Positions 46,397 through 59,436 of a DNA stretch of 64,000 nt are shown one piece after another; within the stretch, counting starts at the first letter, position 1, and the number at the start of each line of letters is the position of its first letter. A model generated the notes under the pieces. The model did no database searches. It saw only the letters and a program-made list of their open reading frames with translations, and was not told where the DNA came from. Origin of the DNA: Azolla caroliniana (lineage: Eukaryota; Plantae; Polypodiophyta); contig JBHGNT010000015.1 in assembly GCA_043228905.1 (NCBI GenBank), positions 13,578,001 to 13,642,000 of the forward strand. The letters run 5' to 3'. Both the position numbers and the translations under genes were made by a program.

Positions 46397-48011
46397 TTTC
46401 TGTGTTACCGTCGCTCTAATACCAGTTTGTTGAAAAAAACAGTGCTCGGCCACAACCGAGGAATAGGATCAACTCACAGAAAACAGGAAATACAAAAAAT
46501 GCACGAGGACAATAGAGAGAAAAGGTACACTGGATATTTTACGTGGAAAACCCTAAATGGGAAAAACCACGGGAGTCCTCAAACTCCAACTATCACTATG
46601 AACAGGGATGTACACTGGTGAAGCTGCAAGGCAACAACCTTGAGCTCACTGTCTTCGCCACAGGCGGCGGTAATACACAGAGGCAACGACCTCTTCGTCT
46701 CTCTCTCTCTCTCTCTCTCTGGGCTGCTCTCACTTCGCATAAAAATGAGCAACAACCTAAAACTGATTGCCCTAAGTCATATTTATACACATATGACTTT
46801 CGGGCTATTTACAAATATAGCCTCAAGGGCTCTTGGCAAAACATATTCACAAATATGTCCCCGCATCCGGATCTCTCTCCGGGTACATTCGTCATCCGGC
46901 TCCGTAACCGGGGTCTTCAGCATCCGGCTCCGTAACCGGGGTCTTCAGCATCCGGCTCCGTAACCGGGTACTCTTCATCCTACGGTTCCGTAACAGCCTC
47001 CGGGCTTGCCGTCATTCATCTCCGGACATCCCATCCGGAGGGACCGAAATCCCAACAGAACCGGACCATAATGGAGAGGGTCCGGAGTATGTTGGCGCAT
47101 GCAAAACTACCCAAGAAGTTTTGGGTTGAGGCACTGTCAACAACGACGTATGTGATAAACAGATCACCCTCAGTACCCTTGGACGGAGACACGCCACAGA
47201 GAGTCTGAACCGGTAAGGAAGTGTCCTACCGGCATCTGAAGGTATTCGAGAGTCTCGCGTACGTGCATGTTGGAAAGGACTGGAGAGGAAAGTTGGATCC
47301 GAAGACCTGGCCATGCATATTCCTTGGTTACGGTGACGATGAGTTCGGCTACCGAGTGTAGGACCCGGTTGACAAGAAGGTATCCCGGAGTCAAGATATT
47401 ATCTTCATGGAGGACAAAACGCTCGCCGACTGGGAGTAGGAGAAGAAGATAATGAACTCCGAGTCGACCGGTAAGGATTGATTCTACGATGAGCGGACCC
47501 AACCGGCAAGAGACTCGTTAGCACTCGATGAACCGGCCGGTGACGGTAAGGAGACAAGACAGGCCGAAGAAGAAGGAATAGGTGAAATGGAACTGGCCAA
47601 GACCGATGAGGGAGAGCCGGAAAGCTTTGAAGAAGCGAAGGAAGACACCCACAGCCGCAAATGGTTAAGTGCCATGCAGGATGAGATGGATTCCAAGCAT
47701 GAGAACCATACGTACGAATTGGTGGAGTTGCCGAAAGGAAAGCGGGCACTCCGAAACAAGTGGGTGTACAAGTTGAAACCGGGAGATGCCGACAACCCCC
47801 CAAGATACAAAGTCAGGATCGTGGTGAAGGGGTTCCAGCAGAAGAAGGGCGTTGCCTCTGTGTTCATCTATTATATATTGTAGCATAGTGATAGTTTGCA
47901 GTTTGTGGACTGCTGTGGTTTTTCCCGTATTTGGGTTTTCCACGTAAACATCCTATGTACTCTTCTCTTTACTGTGTCGTGCGTACATTACCCGTTTTTC
48001 TGTGTTTGATC

Positions 48012-48226
48012 CTAGACTCGGTTGTGGCCGAGCGTTGTTTTTCGGGAGCTTATAGTCCTTTCAAAATGAGCTTGTAGGAGCTGTTGGCAGCACAGATCCA
48101 ACAACTTGAGCGTACACTAGACTCGGTTGTGGCCGAGCGTTGTTTTTCGGGAGCTTATAGTCCTTTCAAAATGAGCTTGTAGGAGCTGTTGGCAACACAG
48201 ATCCAACAACTTGAGCGTACACTAGA
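48012..48226. repeat. 105-bp tandem duplication spanning the F LTR end, TSD and flank
   Basis: CTAGA at 48012, 48117, 48222. The two copies differ at one base by eye. Confidence 0.95.
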
Positions 48227-48530
48227 AGACATCAAGCCAGCGACGGCGAGAGTGGAGGAGGCGCGGAGGAAGAACAAGGGCCGGTTCTACCGAACACACC
48301 GGCTTCGGCCGAAGAAGATCGAGGAAGGCGATTGGGTGCTGGTCTACAACAACAGCCTCAACAACCACCACCGGTCGACCCGAAAATGTTTGAGATGGTG
48401 GTTTGGACCTTTCGTGGTGACGAGCACGAATGACAATGCAACGTACCACTAGGTGGAACTCGATGGAACAAGGATCACGGTACCAGTTGTAGGGAAACGG
48501 ATCAAAGCCTTCAAGAAATGGCATGAAGCA
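48064..48530 (+). pseudogene. Gypsy A-like integrase C-terminal fragment
   Basis: RLRPKKIEEGDWVLVY...WFGPF. Confidence 0.85.
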
Positions 48531-51500
48531 TGTTATACATGTACCCCTGATACATGCTAAGTGTGAAGAGGGCAAAACTGGTCTTCCACTTAGTAGTGTG
48601 GGGAGAGAGAGAGAGTTAGTGAGTGTGAGCGAGTGAGTGAGTGAGTGAGTGTTTGCCTCCTCTCTATGGCTTTTTTCCCCCTTTTTCTCTGTTGTAGAGA
48701 TTCACCCCCTTTCCATTTCTGTTGTAACCTCCACCCTGTTGTATTGAGAGTTGCCTATTGAACCCCTTTGTTGCTCACCCCCCTATTCCTCCCATGCATA
48801 CTACAACTAAGAAGGAGCACCACTCCTTCTTCATCCTTTACTATCCTTTTATTACGATCAAGAGCAGAACAAACCAATTGTCTCTTGATTTTCTATTCTA
48901 TCGACTGACAACAGTGGTATAAGAGCTTGAGAGACAGCGAGGGGAAGCTTTGGAGTCGGAAGCAACAAGCGTTCGAGACTCGTAGCGGCTTAGGAGATTC
49001 GTGTGGTGAGCATTGGAGTATCAGGGTCGGTTGAAGCATCTGCCTACTGTTGGGCATCTCCAGCATCTTTGACATTGAAGAAAGGAGTTTGCTATTCACA
49101 AGTATTTCCCTTTGTTAAACTCTCTGCTTATCCGTCATATGCAAAACCTTTTTTGGGCGGAAATAAGTTGTGGTGGGAGAGACCCCTACCACATTTGCAA
49201 GAGAGATTTGGGGTTAGTGTGAATGCATAACAAAGTAGATGCCTACAGTTTGTGATTCAAGTAAGAACTATTCATTTTTGGGAAAAGATCAGATTGAGAT
49301 CCGGAAATTTGATGGATCTAATTTTGCTTTGTGGAAGAATTAGATGCGTGATGTATTGGTTCAAAGAAATCAAACGAGGCCCCTAGGCGGCAAAGCGAAG
49401 AAGCCGAATGACATGGATGATGATGATTGGGAGGAACTTGATGCCTTGACCATGTCCACTATAAGATTGCACTTGGCAGATAGTGTCTACTTCATAGTTT
49501 TAGACAGCAAAAACTCCGAAGAACTTTGGAAAAAGCTATGCAACACCTATGAGAAGGAAACTGCAGCTAACAAGGTGTATTTGATGAGGAAGCTATATGA
49601 CCTTCGTATGAAGGATACAGATAGTGTTGCATCTCATTTAAATCTGTTTGATACATTATGGTCGCAGTTGCAAGCTCAGAAAATGACCATGGATGATGAG
49701 CTGAAAGCCGTATTTTTCCTATCCACATTGCCTAGCTCATGGGATACATTTTGCATCGCTATTATCGCTAGTGTACCAAACGGGAAATTGGTGTATAATG
49801 ACATAAGTGGAGCCCTATTGGGTGAAGAAATGCGTAGGAAATCTATGGTTTCCTCACAAGTTGGAGAGGCATATAATGTTCGAGATTCTGGTCATGGCAA
49901 GAACCAGCAACGTGGTAGAAGCCATACCAGAAATAGCCATGGAAATCATGACAAGTGTAGAAATCATGACAACGTTGTTAGACTCTGCTGCTTCATTTCA
50001 TGTGACTCCACATATAGAGTGGTTCACACAATACGAAGTTAAACCACTTGGTATAGTACGACTTGGAGATTCACATCAGTGTGATGTGATTGGCATTGGA
50101 GATGTCATGGTACAATTTTCTGATGGATCTCAGTTTACAGTACAAAATATATGCCATGTGCCTAAGCTAACTCGTAGCTTAATGTCTGTTGGACAGCTTG
50201 ATAACATTGGTTTTAAAGTGATTTTTGTTGCCTAGAGGGAACAAATTTGGTTCACTTTATCCTTTAGTTGTCTATAAAAAAAAACATCTTTTGACAGTCA
50301 CAGAACAGCCTATGACTTGTATTTGGCATGGCCATTTAGGTCACATGTCTCGTACTGGAATGGAAACATTATCATGTTTTGGCTATTTACCTATGTTATC
50401 ATTTTCAAATTTTTCAGTTTGTGAGCATTGTCAATATGGTAAACAAACTAGAAGTGTGCATCAAAATATTAATTCTGATTCGTCTACTCAACCCTTGGAT
50501 CTAGTTCATACAGATGTATGTGGCCCTATGCCTACCAGATTATTGGGTGGAGCTTTGTACTTTGTTACATTTATTGATGATGCCACAAGAAAGGTTTGGG
50601 TTTATCCCATAAAACAAAAGGGCAATGTATACTCTACTTTCAAAAAATGGCTTGCCTCGGTTGAGACTAAAAAGGGTATAAAGCTTAAGGCTTTATGTTC
50701 TAATAATGGAGGTGAGTATACCTCTCATGAGTTCAGAGATTTTTGTGAGTCTAGAGGCATATGTTAAAGAAAAACTTGGGCCAGAATTTTGACATGAAGG
50801 ATTTGGGAGATGCAAAACATATTCTTGGTATGCGTATTACTCATGATAGGAGTAAGTGATGCATTTACTTCTCTCAGGTTGAGTACATATTGAAAGTGCT
50901 CAAGAGATTTAATATGGAGAATGCAAAGTTGTTGAGCACTCCATTGCCTACAGATGTAAAACTGAGCACATGTGATTGCCCCACATCTTATGAGGACAAG
51001 GAATTCATGTCCAAGGTTCCCTATCAATCCGCAGTTGGGAGCCTTATGTACACCATGGTGGCTACTATACCAGAACCGTAAGTCGATTCATGGTATCCGT
51101 AAGTCGATTCATGTCAAATCCTGGTAAGAAACACTGGGATGAATTCAAGTTGATACTAAGATATCTCGGTGGCACTAAGGATAAGTGCCTTTGTTTAGGC
51201 AAAGGAGATGCATCTATCATTGGATACACAGATTCAGATTATGTCGGATGCACTGACAGTAGGAAATCTACTTCAGGGTACATCTTTCAGATTATGGGAG
51301 GTGTTATTGCTTGGAGATCTCATCTTCAAGATTGTGTCGCATTGTCAACAACAGAGGCTAAGTATGTTGCATCCAGTGAGGCATGTAAGGAAGCAATTTG
51401 GCTTTCTCGATTAGCTAGTGACATGGGTATACCACAACATGTACCCAAACTATTTTGTGATAGTTAGAGTGTCATTGCTTTGGCTAAGAATCCAGTATAT

Positions 51501-51789
51501 CATGCAAAGACCAAACATATTGGAGTGCTTTGACTAAGGCCTTACCACAAGATGCGTTGGAGCATTGTTGTTACTTGATGGGAATTACTTAATGCCTTAT
51601 GTTACACACTTGTCATGTACATTGTGTAACATGCCCATCATGTGGGAGATATAGGTCTAGGTCTTGTACAGGTCAACCTTTCATTATTTGTACTCCTAGT
51701 TTAGGCCTTTTAGTGGGAGATTGTTATACATCTACCCCCGATACATGCTAAGTGTGAAAAGGCCAAAATTGGTCTTCCACTTAGTAGTG

Positions 51790-51828
<39 letters not shown>

Positions 51829-52107
51829 AGTGAGTGTGAGCGAGTGAGTGAGTGTTTGCTTCCTCTCTGTGGCTTTTTCCCCCCCTTTTCTCTGTTGCAG
51901 AGATTCACCCCCTTTCCATCTCTATTGTAACCTCCACCCTGTTGTATTGAGAGTTGCCTATTGAACCCCTTTGTTGCTCACCCCCCTATTCCTCCATATT
52001 ACAACTAAGAAGGAGCACCACTCCTTCATCCTTTACTGTCCTTGTATTACGATCAAGAGCAGAACATACCAATTGTCTCTTTATTTTCTGCTCTATTGAC
52101 TGACAAC
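48531..52107 (+). mobile_element. Ty1/Copia H, internally deleted, no TSD
   Basis: LTRs 48531-~48913 and 51722-~52107. PBS TGGTATAAGAGC 48915-48926, PPT AGTGGGAGA ~51712. Jump from integrase to late RT at ~50765. Confidence 0.9.
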
Positions 52108-53482
52108 TCTTCGTGGATGGGATCGACTGGACGGAGGAAATGAGCTTATAGGAGCTATTGGCAGCGCGGATCCGACAACTTGAGCGAAGACCAGAAGAAA
52201 TCAGGCAAGTGACGACGAGAGTGGAGGAGGCGCGGAGGAAGAACAAGGGTCGGTTCAATCAAACACACCGGCTTCGGCCGAAGAAGATCGAGGAAGGCGA
52301 CTGGGTGTTGGTCTACAACAACAGCCTCAAAACTAGCACTAGTCGACCCGAAAATTTCTGAGATGGTGGTTTGGACCTTACATGGTGACGAGCGTGAACG
52401 ACAATGCAACGTACCACCAGGCGGAGCTCGACAGAAGAATGATCACGATACCAGTTGTAGGGAAACGGATCAAGGCCTTCAAGAAACGGCATGAAGCGGA
52501 ATCAGATCCGAAGATCGAAGACAAAAGCGCCGACGAGGGCGAGGAGTCAAATGAGAACCGGACCGGTGGAGGACAAGGAAAGGACGAGTAAAGGTCGAGC
52601 CGGAATCTCCACTGATGCACTACTTGGCACATGCCGGAGGATGTGCGGTTTGGTGGAAGTGGATGTGGTGAAGAATTCCATCCATATGAAGAAAGAGGTG
52701 TGGATAGGTGTGTGAACGAGAGTGTGAAAGTAGGCACAGAACACATGGATTGGAGTACAAGAAATGTAAATATGTGTTAAATATTTAAAGTGCTAGGTAG
52801 AGTAGTTAATGGGTACTTTATGACCCACATGTATAGAGAATAAGAATAAGTTTACATGGAGAGAAGTGAGGGCAATCTCTGACTGAAAGGGTTGTCATTT
52901 ACTTGCGATGCAACGGCCTCCCCTTTTTGCTATAAAGGGGGAGGTTTGAGACTATTTTGGGGATCCAATGATTGGAGAACGAAGTGATGACGGTTTGAGT
53001 GACGAGCTCTGTTGTTCCCTTTGTTTCTGTTCTGTGTGGTTTACGGAAGAAGGTGGAGGCCTCTACTCGTGTAGGAAGCCCGTGTGCTCCCGACCAGAAG
53101 TCTATCATTATGCGTGTGTGTGAGTAGAGCACGCGGCTTTGTTGTTGGTCATGTCCGGTTGTAATCTTTCCTGCTTTTCTCTGTTGATCATTATTTTGTT
53201 GATTTTATCCTTGTGTTCAAGTGTTCCCTCATTGTCTCTGTTCGTCTCGGGTTCGTTGTGCATGAGCCCCTGTGCTCATCCGTTGAGATCCGGTCGTTGA
53301 TCCAGAGTGGTATACGTCTCTGAGCCTGTGTACTCACCGTCCTACATCCGGGAATCAATCCGGATTGGCTACGCGTTCAGGACCCGATATGGCTAGGTTA
53401 TCCAGAAACCGAATCGAACAACCTTCCTCTCTCACCGGATCCTTGGTCTGAGGCACCGGTGGTCCCGCCCCGTTTCACCACA
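52108..53482 (+). mobile_element. Gypsy A-like 3' end: integrase C-terminus, PPT and 819-bp LTR (52664-53482)
   Basis: KKIEEGDWVLVY, acidic tail, GGTGGAAGTGGA PPT. LTR termini TGTGGTGAA...TTCACCACA. Confidence 0.88.
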
Positions 53483-54835
53483 CACGCGATTAGAGATGGC
53501 TCTTCGACTCATTAGTGACCCCTTCCCTCATGTATGCATCAGTAGTTTGAGCTCTAAGTCTACCATCTTTCATGTGGACGCAATTAGAGAGACCATTGTT
53601 GGCGATGTTATCACGTCAACTCCGAAGCAAATCGATAATACCACATGACATTATTAGTCTAGTAGAGTTCACTTTGCCCCCGATGTTAGTAGAAGCACTT
53701 TTCCAACTTTTAGTTTTTATTCGTAGGATACATAATCAAACATAGTATTTGATATCTCGTCAAGCTCTTGGTATAGCATTGTAGTGAGTTGGCTGCTTGC
53801 AAACGACCAAGACATTAATAACTTACCTCCCCTTAAGTACAACCACGGAACTCATAAAACTTTAATCTCTCATGAGGACCGTAATAAAGTAATACGCCAA
53901 GAAATATGGCTAATTTACACTCGATATAAATGGACCCACGAGACCCACTCCCATCTAAAATGTTGTACTATAAGGAACACTTCATGCACTTCTCTAAGTT
54001 AGGTTTTATTACACCACCAAAATACCTAGATACATTCTTATCAAATGCACTAAGAGTTCCATTGAACAACATACAATATCATCTCACCAACTTGAGATTG
54101 AGAATGGTCGTACCAATAGAGTCCCTAGAGAGGAAAGGATATGTAGATTATGTCACACAAAGATAGAGGATGAGTATCACTTTACATGAAAGTGTCCAAC
54201 TTACGCTGAGATAAGGAAGAAATACCAAGACATACTAGGACCCTCTCCCACCCTTTCCAAACTATTTGATACCTTGGATATAAAGAGACTAGGTAGGTAT
54301 AACCATAATTATTCTAATATTCACCAACATGTAACTAATGAAACTTTTCAGGAACAAGGGGAGACGATGAATGTGGACACACCTATACCACTCAGCCTCT
54401 CCTTTGTTGAAGCAGAAAAGCAAAGAACAACCAAACACCCTCGGATGTCAGGCTTCAAAGCAATTGGTCATGGAGTAGAAACAATTAAGAAGATAAGGGA
54501 ACATGAGCTACGCCGCCTAGAAGCTATGGTTGGGGTACCTTTTACATTGGGACCACGGGCCACATCCACATCGAAACCCTTTGACCTCTCGCTCCTTTTC
54601 GAGAGACTTGGATGGAAATGAAACTAGGCCTAGTATAAAGTCATTTCCTTTATAGAATATGTTACACCATAACATGTTTTTGTATAATACTAGAACTCTT
54701 TAGCTCATGTTCTATTTTATTTTATTTTATTTTTACTTTCGATGAATGGGTAAATGCTCCATTTTTGTTGTAAACCAATTGTCTCATGAGCCAAGTTTGT
54801 TCTTAGAAGACGTTAATATATCTTTCTTTCTTTCT
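53483..54835 (+). mobile_element. 3' part of a LINE of the same family as 715-4910, (CTTT)n tail
   Basis: Colinear with the reverse complement of ~715-2115. Ends GACGTTAATATATCTTTCTTTCTTTCT. Confidence 0.88.
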
Positions 54836-57800
54836 ATGTATACCTAATGGTGCATTGTTGTCCGGCTTAGCCAACTGTGTCTGGTGTGTACAAGCTTCCA
54901 TAGATAAACTTTTACACTAATGTCAAGGTAATTGTCATTCTACAAGTTTATAGGACGTGAAGCCTATGTTGTACAATTAACAACTTAGTATCAAAAAGTC
55001 TTCTAACTCATATTGCCAAGAAGCTCCACCTTTTCATGTTGATGATCTTGTATAGCCTTATTTTTGCCATCTTGACTCTTCTTGCGTTTCAACTTAGACA
55101 ACCACCAACAATTTGCACAAATGGAGGCTTCCTTGTTTCTTTCTTTGAAGTCATATACAACTATTACTACTTAGATAAAGTACTCCTAACGCTTCTCTAG
55201 TTGAGATTGATATTCAAGATGAATTTGAGGTTCAAGAGATGGTTTAGGATCTAGGTTCCTTCACCAATAATTATATTACTTTTTCAAATGGGAAAGATAT
55301 TGTACAACTGATCACATATGGGAACCTACCAAGGATTTGACTTATGCAATAGGTAAGATTATTGACTAATTTTATCAACATTATCGTTGGGGTGTGAGGT
55401 GAATAATTTAATGATAGCATGAGTACTATATACATATGGCTCTCATCCACCTTGCATAATTATACCACTTGCAATGATCCGGAGAGGAGTATGTGTATCT
55501 AGGAGAATGTTCTAGAATCATGCCATGTCCAACAAGCCCAAAATATTAATGAACTCTTCAGTTTAGTAACAATTGTGGATCCCCTTTGTTGTACTTTCCC
55601 TATTATGTGGCACTCTTTGTTTTCGATTAACATAGTAAAATACAAGGAATTTAAGTTTGTGTAAAAGTATGTCCAATTTTATTCTAATTTATTACTATGT
55701 GTATTATGAATTCTCTTCTTTTATGAATATTTTGTCAAATGAAAATATTCAAATTTCCCCCCAAACAAAAAGTTGGGCAAATTTTAGACTTAATTTTGAC
55801 CTATTTAAGATTTTTTTAATATTTCAAAATTATCATACCAAGGAGAAAGAGGTGTTGGAGTTGCTTGTGCAAGAAAATATCATTACTAACATGCCACAAC
55901 TTGATTTGAGCATGCTCAAAACTGTGGAACTAAGATCTTTTCAAAGATGGATCGTATGATAAGGTTTTAATAATATCTTAGTAAAAGTTGTCATCTCTCA
56001 ATGCAAATGTGTATAGTAACATGACATAAATTCTTCTCTACCCATTTTATAGTTGAGCAATTTCTCGCATAATTTCTAATCTACCCATTTTTTAGTTGAG
56101 CAATTCCCTAATGGTGTCTTGTTTATTGCCTACCCTCCAGACTCTCTCTCTCTCTCTAACTAACTAAAATGCCTCAAAAAGAGTCAAATTTCGTGTAACG
56201 TTAGGTTATAATGTGGAAAAGACAAGAAGGCATTAGAAGAGAATCCACCAGACAAACTCATCAATTTACTTTTGTTGTTCAACTTGAACCTTTGCAGTTG
56301 GCCGTCGAAACTCAATGTTGGGAAAAAGCATTGATAACTGGAGCATGAATAGTTTCAGAAACTTTTATGTGCATTTACAATACGAGATCGAAGGAGCTAA
56401 AGGCGGGTGAAAATTATTGTTATGTTAAAGTGTGATGTAATTGTTGCTATGTTGGATCACTTGCACACGAGGAGACCAAGGACGTAGAGTGGATGTAAGG
56501 AAAAACGATGATGAGCCTTCATGAGTTGGTAAAAGCTAAAATACCTAAAGGTATGAACAGAAGAAAATGACTACGAGGTAACTAAAAAGGCATGTCATTA
56601 TGAAGTACATGACCTACTACTATTTGGAAATGAAGGTAGATCACCTTGAAATGAGTGATGATAATAATAATAAGTCATGAATGAGATGGATGTTCCAACT
56701 TTCGTTACTTACTGCAACGAAGATGACACTTAAGAAAAACAAAGTGAAGTGAAAACATCACTCTCCCTAACGGATGTGATAGCTATCATTGATAGTTAAT
56801 TATGCCCCCACTCTCCAAAAGAAAACCAACCTTCATGATTGCTTCTAGGCTCCATTACTTCTTTGTTCACCTTATCACTTTCGATGAATTTAGATGACCC
56901 AACCAACCAACTAACTCATAATAGGTGATCATTGGTCATTACTTCTCTCTCTCTCTCTCTCTCTCTAAAGAAAAAAAAGAAAAAAAGAAAAAAAGAAAAA
57001 GGAGAGAGTATGGGTTCAAATCAATCTTAAAGGCATCATTTTCATTCTCAGTCTTAGCATTTAGAGAGAAAAGTATGACATACAAATGTTTCTGAAAACT
57101 AAATTTAAAATCCTTTCTAATGATTTAATATTATAGTTGGGAGTAATTACTACCATGCTTATGCGCCATATACGTTTGTTTACCAAATATCCTATGGTCG
57201 ATTTAATCAAATAAATTAAAAACTCTTGTATGGACTTTGCTCGACATTCTTCAATCTCTCTATTCCATTGTCTCAAAAATCTAAATTCAAATGATAAACA
57301 ATTTCTCTATCTAAATCGACTAGTATCAATGTACAAATAAGAATCTGCATTTACCTTACAACAATTGTCCAATAAATCCCAATGTTTTAGTTAGTCAAAC
57401 AATACCTTATATGTTGGGGAAGGTTAAATTCTCAACCATAAGCGTAATCCCATTGAAAAAATCCGGAAAAAAAATACCTAGTGTACAATCTTTTTGTTTC
57501 TCTATCTCTGAAGAGCCTTCTTCTCTTTGCACACACATGTAACTTACAAAACATAATGGTACATAAGTATCGTGTAAATTTAGATTTTCTATGGTGGAAG
57601 AGAGAAGAGAAACAAATCAGTCACTTTCTATGATGATTCATTGATTAGGGAGTAGGGAAATGGTTTGTTTATTAAAAGTCATGATTCTCTAGTATTAGCA
57701 ATAAATTTAACATCATCTGACTTTGTCGATTAAATTGGCTACGCATGTGGAAAAATACAAACAAATTTGGCTTCTTTGTTCTTCTCATCTATGGTCTCCT

Positions 57801-58557
57801 TTGGATAGGCGACACTAGAGTCTTTAGAGATGTTCATACGCTTTTTCTTCTCCCACTATAAGAAGATACCATTTTATATTATACATCAAGTCATGGGTCG
57901 ATAACTATTCCTAGATGTCGCCCAGTCTCACAGTTACATCCTTGTTTGTTGTCATGATGGAGTTGGAGAAACCTTTAACATACTTCGAGTCATGACATCG
58001 TTCTCATGAATATTGCGTCCTTATACTCTTGAAATTCTAACATTTGTCGCTTGTTCTGTAATTGAAACTTCAAACATGACTATACTTTTTGACATATAAT
58101 TTTAAACTATTATTATTTTGCACAATCCTAATTGTGCAAAATATGTGTATAGATGGATGTAGAGCGGCCTAAAACATCTATATTAAACTAGATAAGTAAA
58201 CATTAAAAAGCTACATTGCATTATTTTCATAAAGTAAACATAGAGTACTAAAGTGTCTCCGTCCTTTTACGTTCTTAAGAGGTGTTATCCTACTAATCCA
58301 AGGAAGTACACATGCATAGGTTTTTATTGCTTTACCAGATTTTAGAACATGATTCACATGGGGTTCTACAAAAAGAATGAGAAGAACCATGCATTTTTAA
58401 TTCTCTAAACAAGAAATTTGCCTTTTCTCTCTAGATAGTATAATGACATTCTTATTCTAATATATGCTTATAAGTAGTTCAACTAATGGGTGAATATTTT
58501 GTCTTATTCTGTACAAATGGAATGTTGACCTTATTACTTACGATAACCTTGGTCTAG

Positions 58558-58700
58558 AGATAGATAGATTTTACTATTGTGATGGCTAGAGGTCAAACAT
58601 TGGCCATGGGATCAAAGTGAAAACATCTTAACATTGTATATTGGGAGGTGGCTAAATGTGTCAAATATGACCTATGAGACCAAAACCACAACAATTTCGT
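58558..58700 (-). mobile_element. Short LINE-tail/SINE-like remnant
   Basis: GTCAAATATGACCTATGAGACCAAAA at ~58659 is the reverse complement of ~35235-35260. (TAGA)n at ~58560. Confidence 0.5.
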
Positions 58701-59436
58701 ATAGGATACGATACATGGAGCAAACAACTCCTTTATACTCAAAGCAAACGGATATACCGGAGGAAGACGAGCATTCCATCAATAATAGGAAAAGTATAAT
58801 CACTTATATGATGATAGGATCCTCGTGTCGCATGTGCTAATTCATACCATAAATACAATTAGCATTGTATTAATTTGTACAAGTAGACGAAGGAGTTCGT
58901 TCATTTGAAACTTTGGAATGAAATCGCAACAAGTAGACCGGCATGACGAAAGAAACAAGAAGAAGAAGAAGAAGAAAGAATGGAATCAATTAATTAAATG
59001 GCGTGTATCCGGTAGCATACATTTTTTGCATCATAAAGGGCGGCGAACACAAGTTTTAAAACCGCCCAAATTTAAACACAACTAAGTTAGTTGGCTAGCA
59101 AGAGACGGACTAATTGTTTTACAATGCCGGTAAGGGTAGGCGAATCCTCGCGGACTCGAGATGGCTCAAGATCGCTGGATCCAAAGAAGGAGAGACACAA
59201 GGTGTCATCCCCACACTGGAAGCAAACCAATATAACTTAGCTAGCTAGCGAACCGACTAGCTACTCACACTAGAATGGCATGCCAGGGGCCTCGAGATCG
59301 GTCGGGACCATGCCACAACTTCTTACTCCTCAAAGTTTAGCTGGTTACATGACTAACTGACTACTCGAGAGGATGTGGCGTTGCGGCGGAAAAGCTTGGA
59401 ATCCCCCGAAACGCATAAAAACTAGCTACCAAAGGA

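Larger units (their letters stand above)
41625..47057 (-). mobile_element. Intact, very young Ty1/Copia G (Tork/Tnt1-like), TSD GAACC
   Basis: LTRs 41625-42312 and 46428-47057 are near-identical. GAACC at 41620-41624 and 47058-47062. PBS 46413-46424, PPT 42313-42326. Single open ORF. Confidence 0.98.
39129..48063 (+). mobile_element. Ty1/Copia F with TSD AAATG; hosts G; RT-RH and 3' U3 deleted
   Basis: 5' LTR 39129-39799, PBS TGGTATGAGAGC 39803-39814, partial 3' LTR ~47850-48063. AAATG at 39124-39128 and 48064-48068. Confidence 0.92.

Noticed and set aside
46397-46453. 19-aa N-terminal extension of G Gag-Pol in the ORF track
   Set aside because: It starts at a non-ATG codon in the LTR and crosses the PBS. 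The ATG at 46396 matches family E's start.
56037-56106. Short direct repeat CTACCCATTTT.TAGTTGAGCAATT as a MITE end
   Set aside because: No inverted partner or TSD found by eye.
54900-58500. Host exons in the AT-rich interval
   Set aside because: Only short motif-less ORFs and no supportable splice structure.
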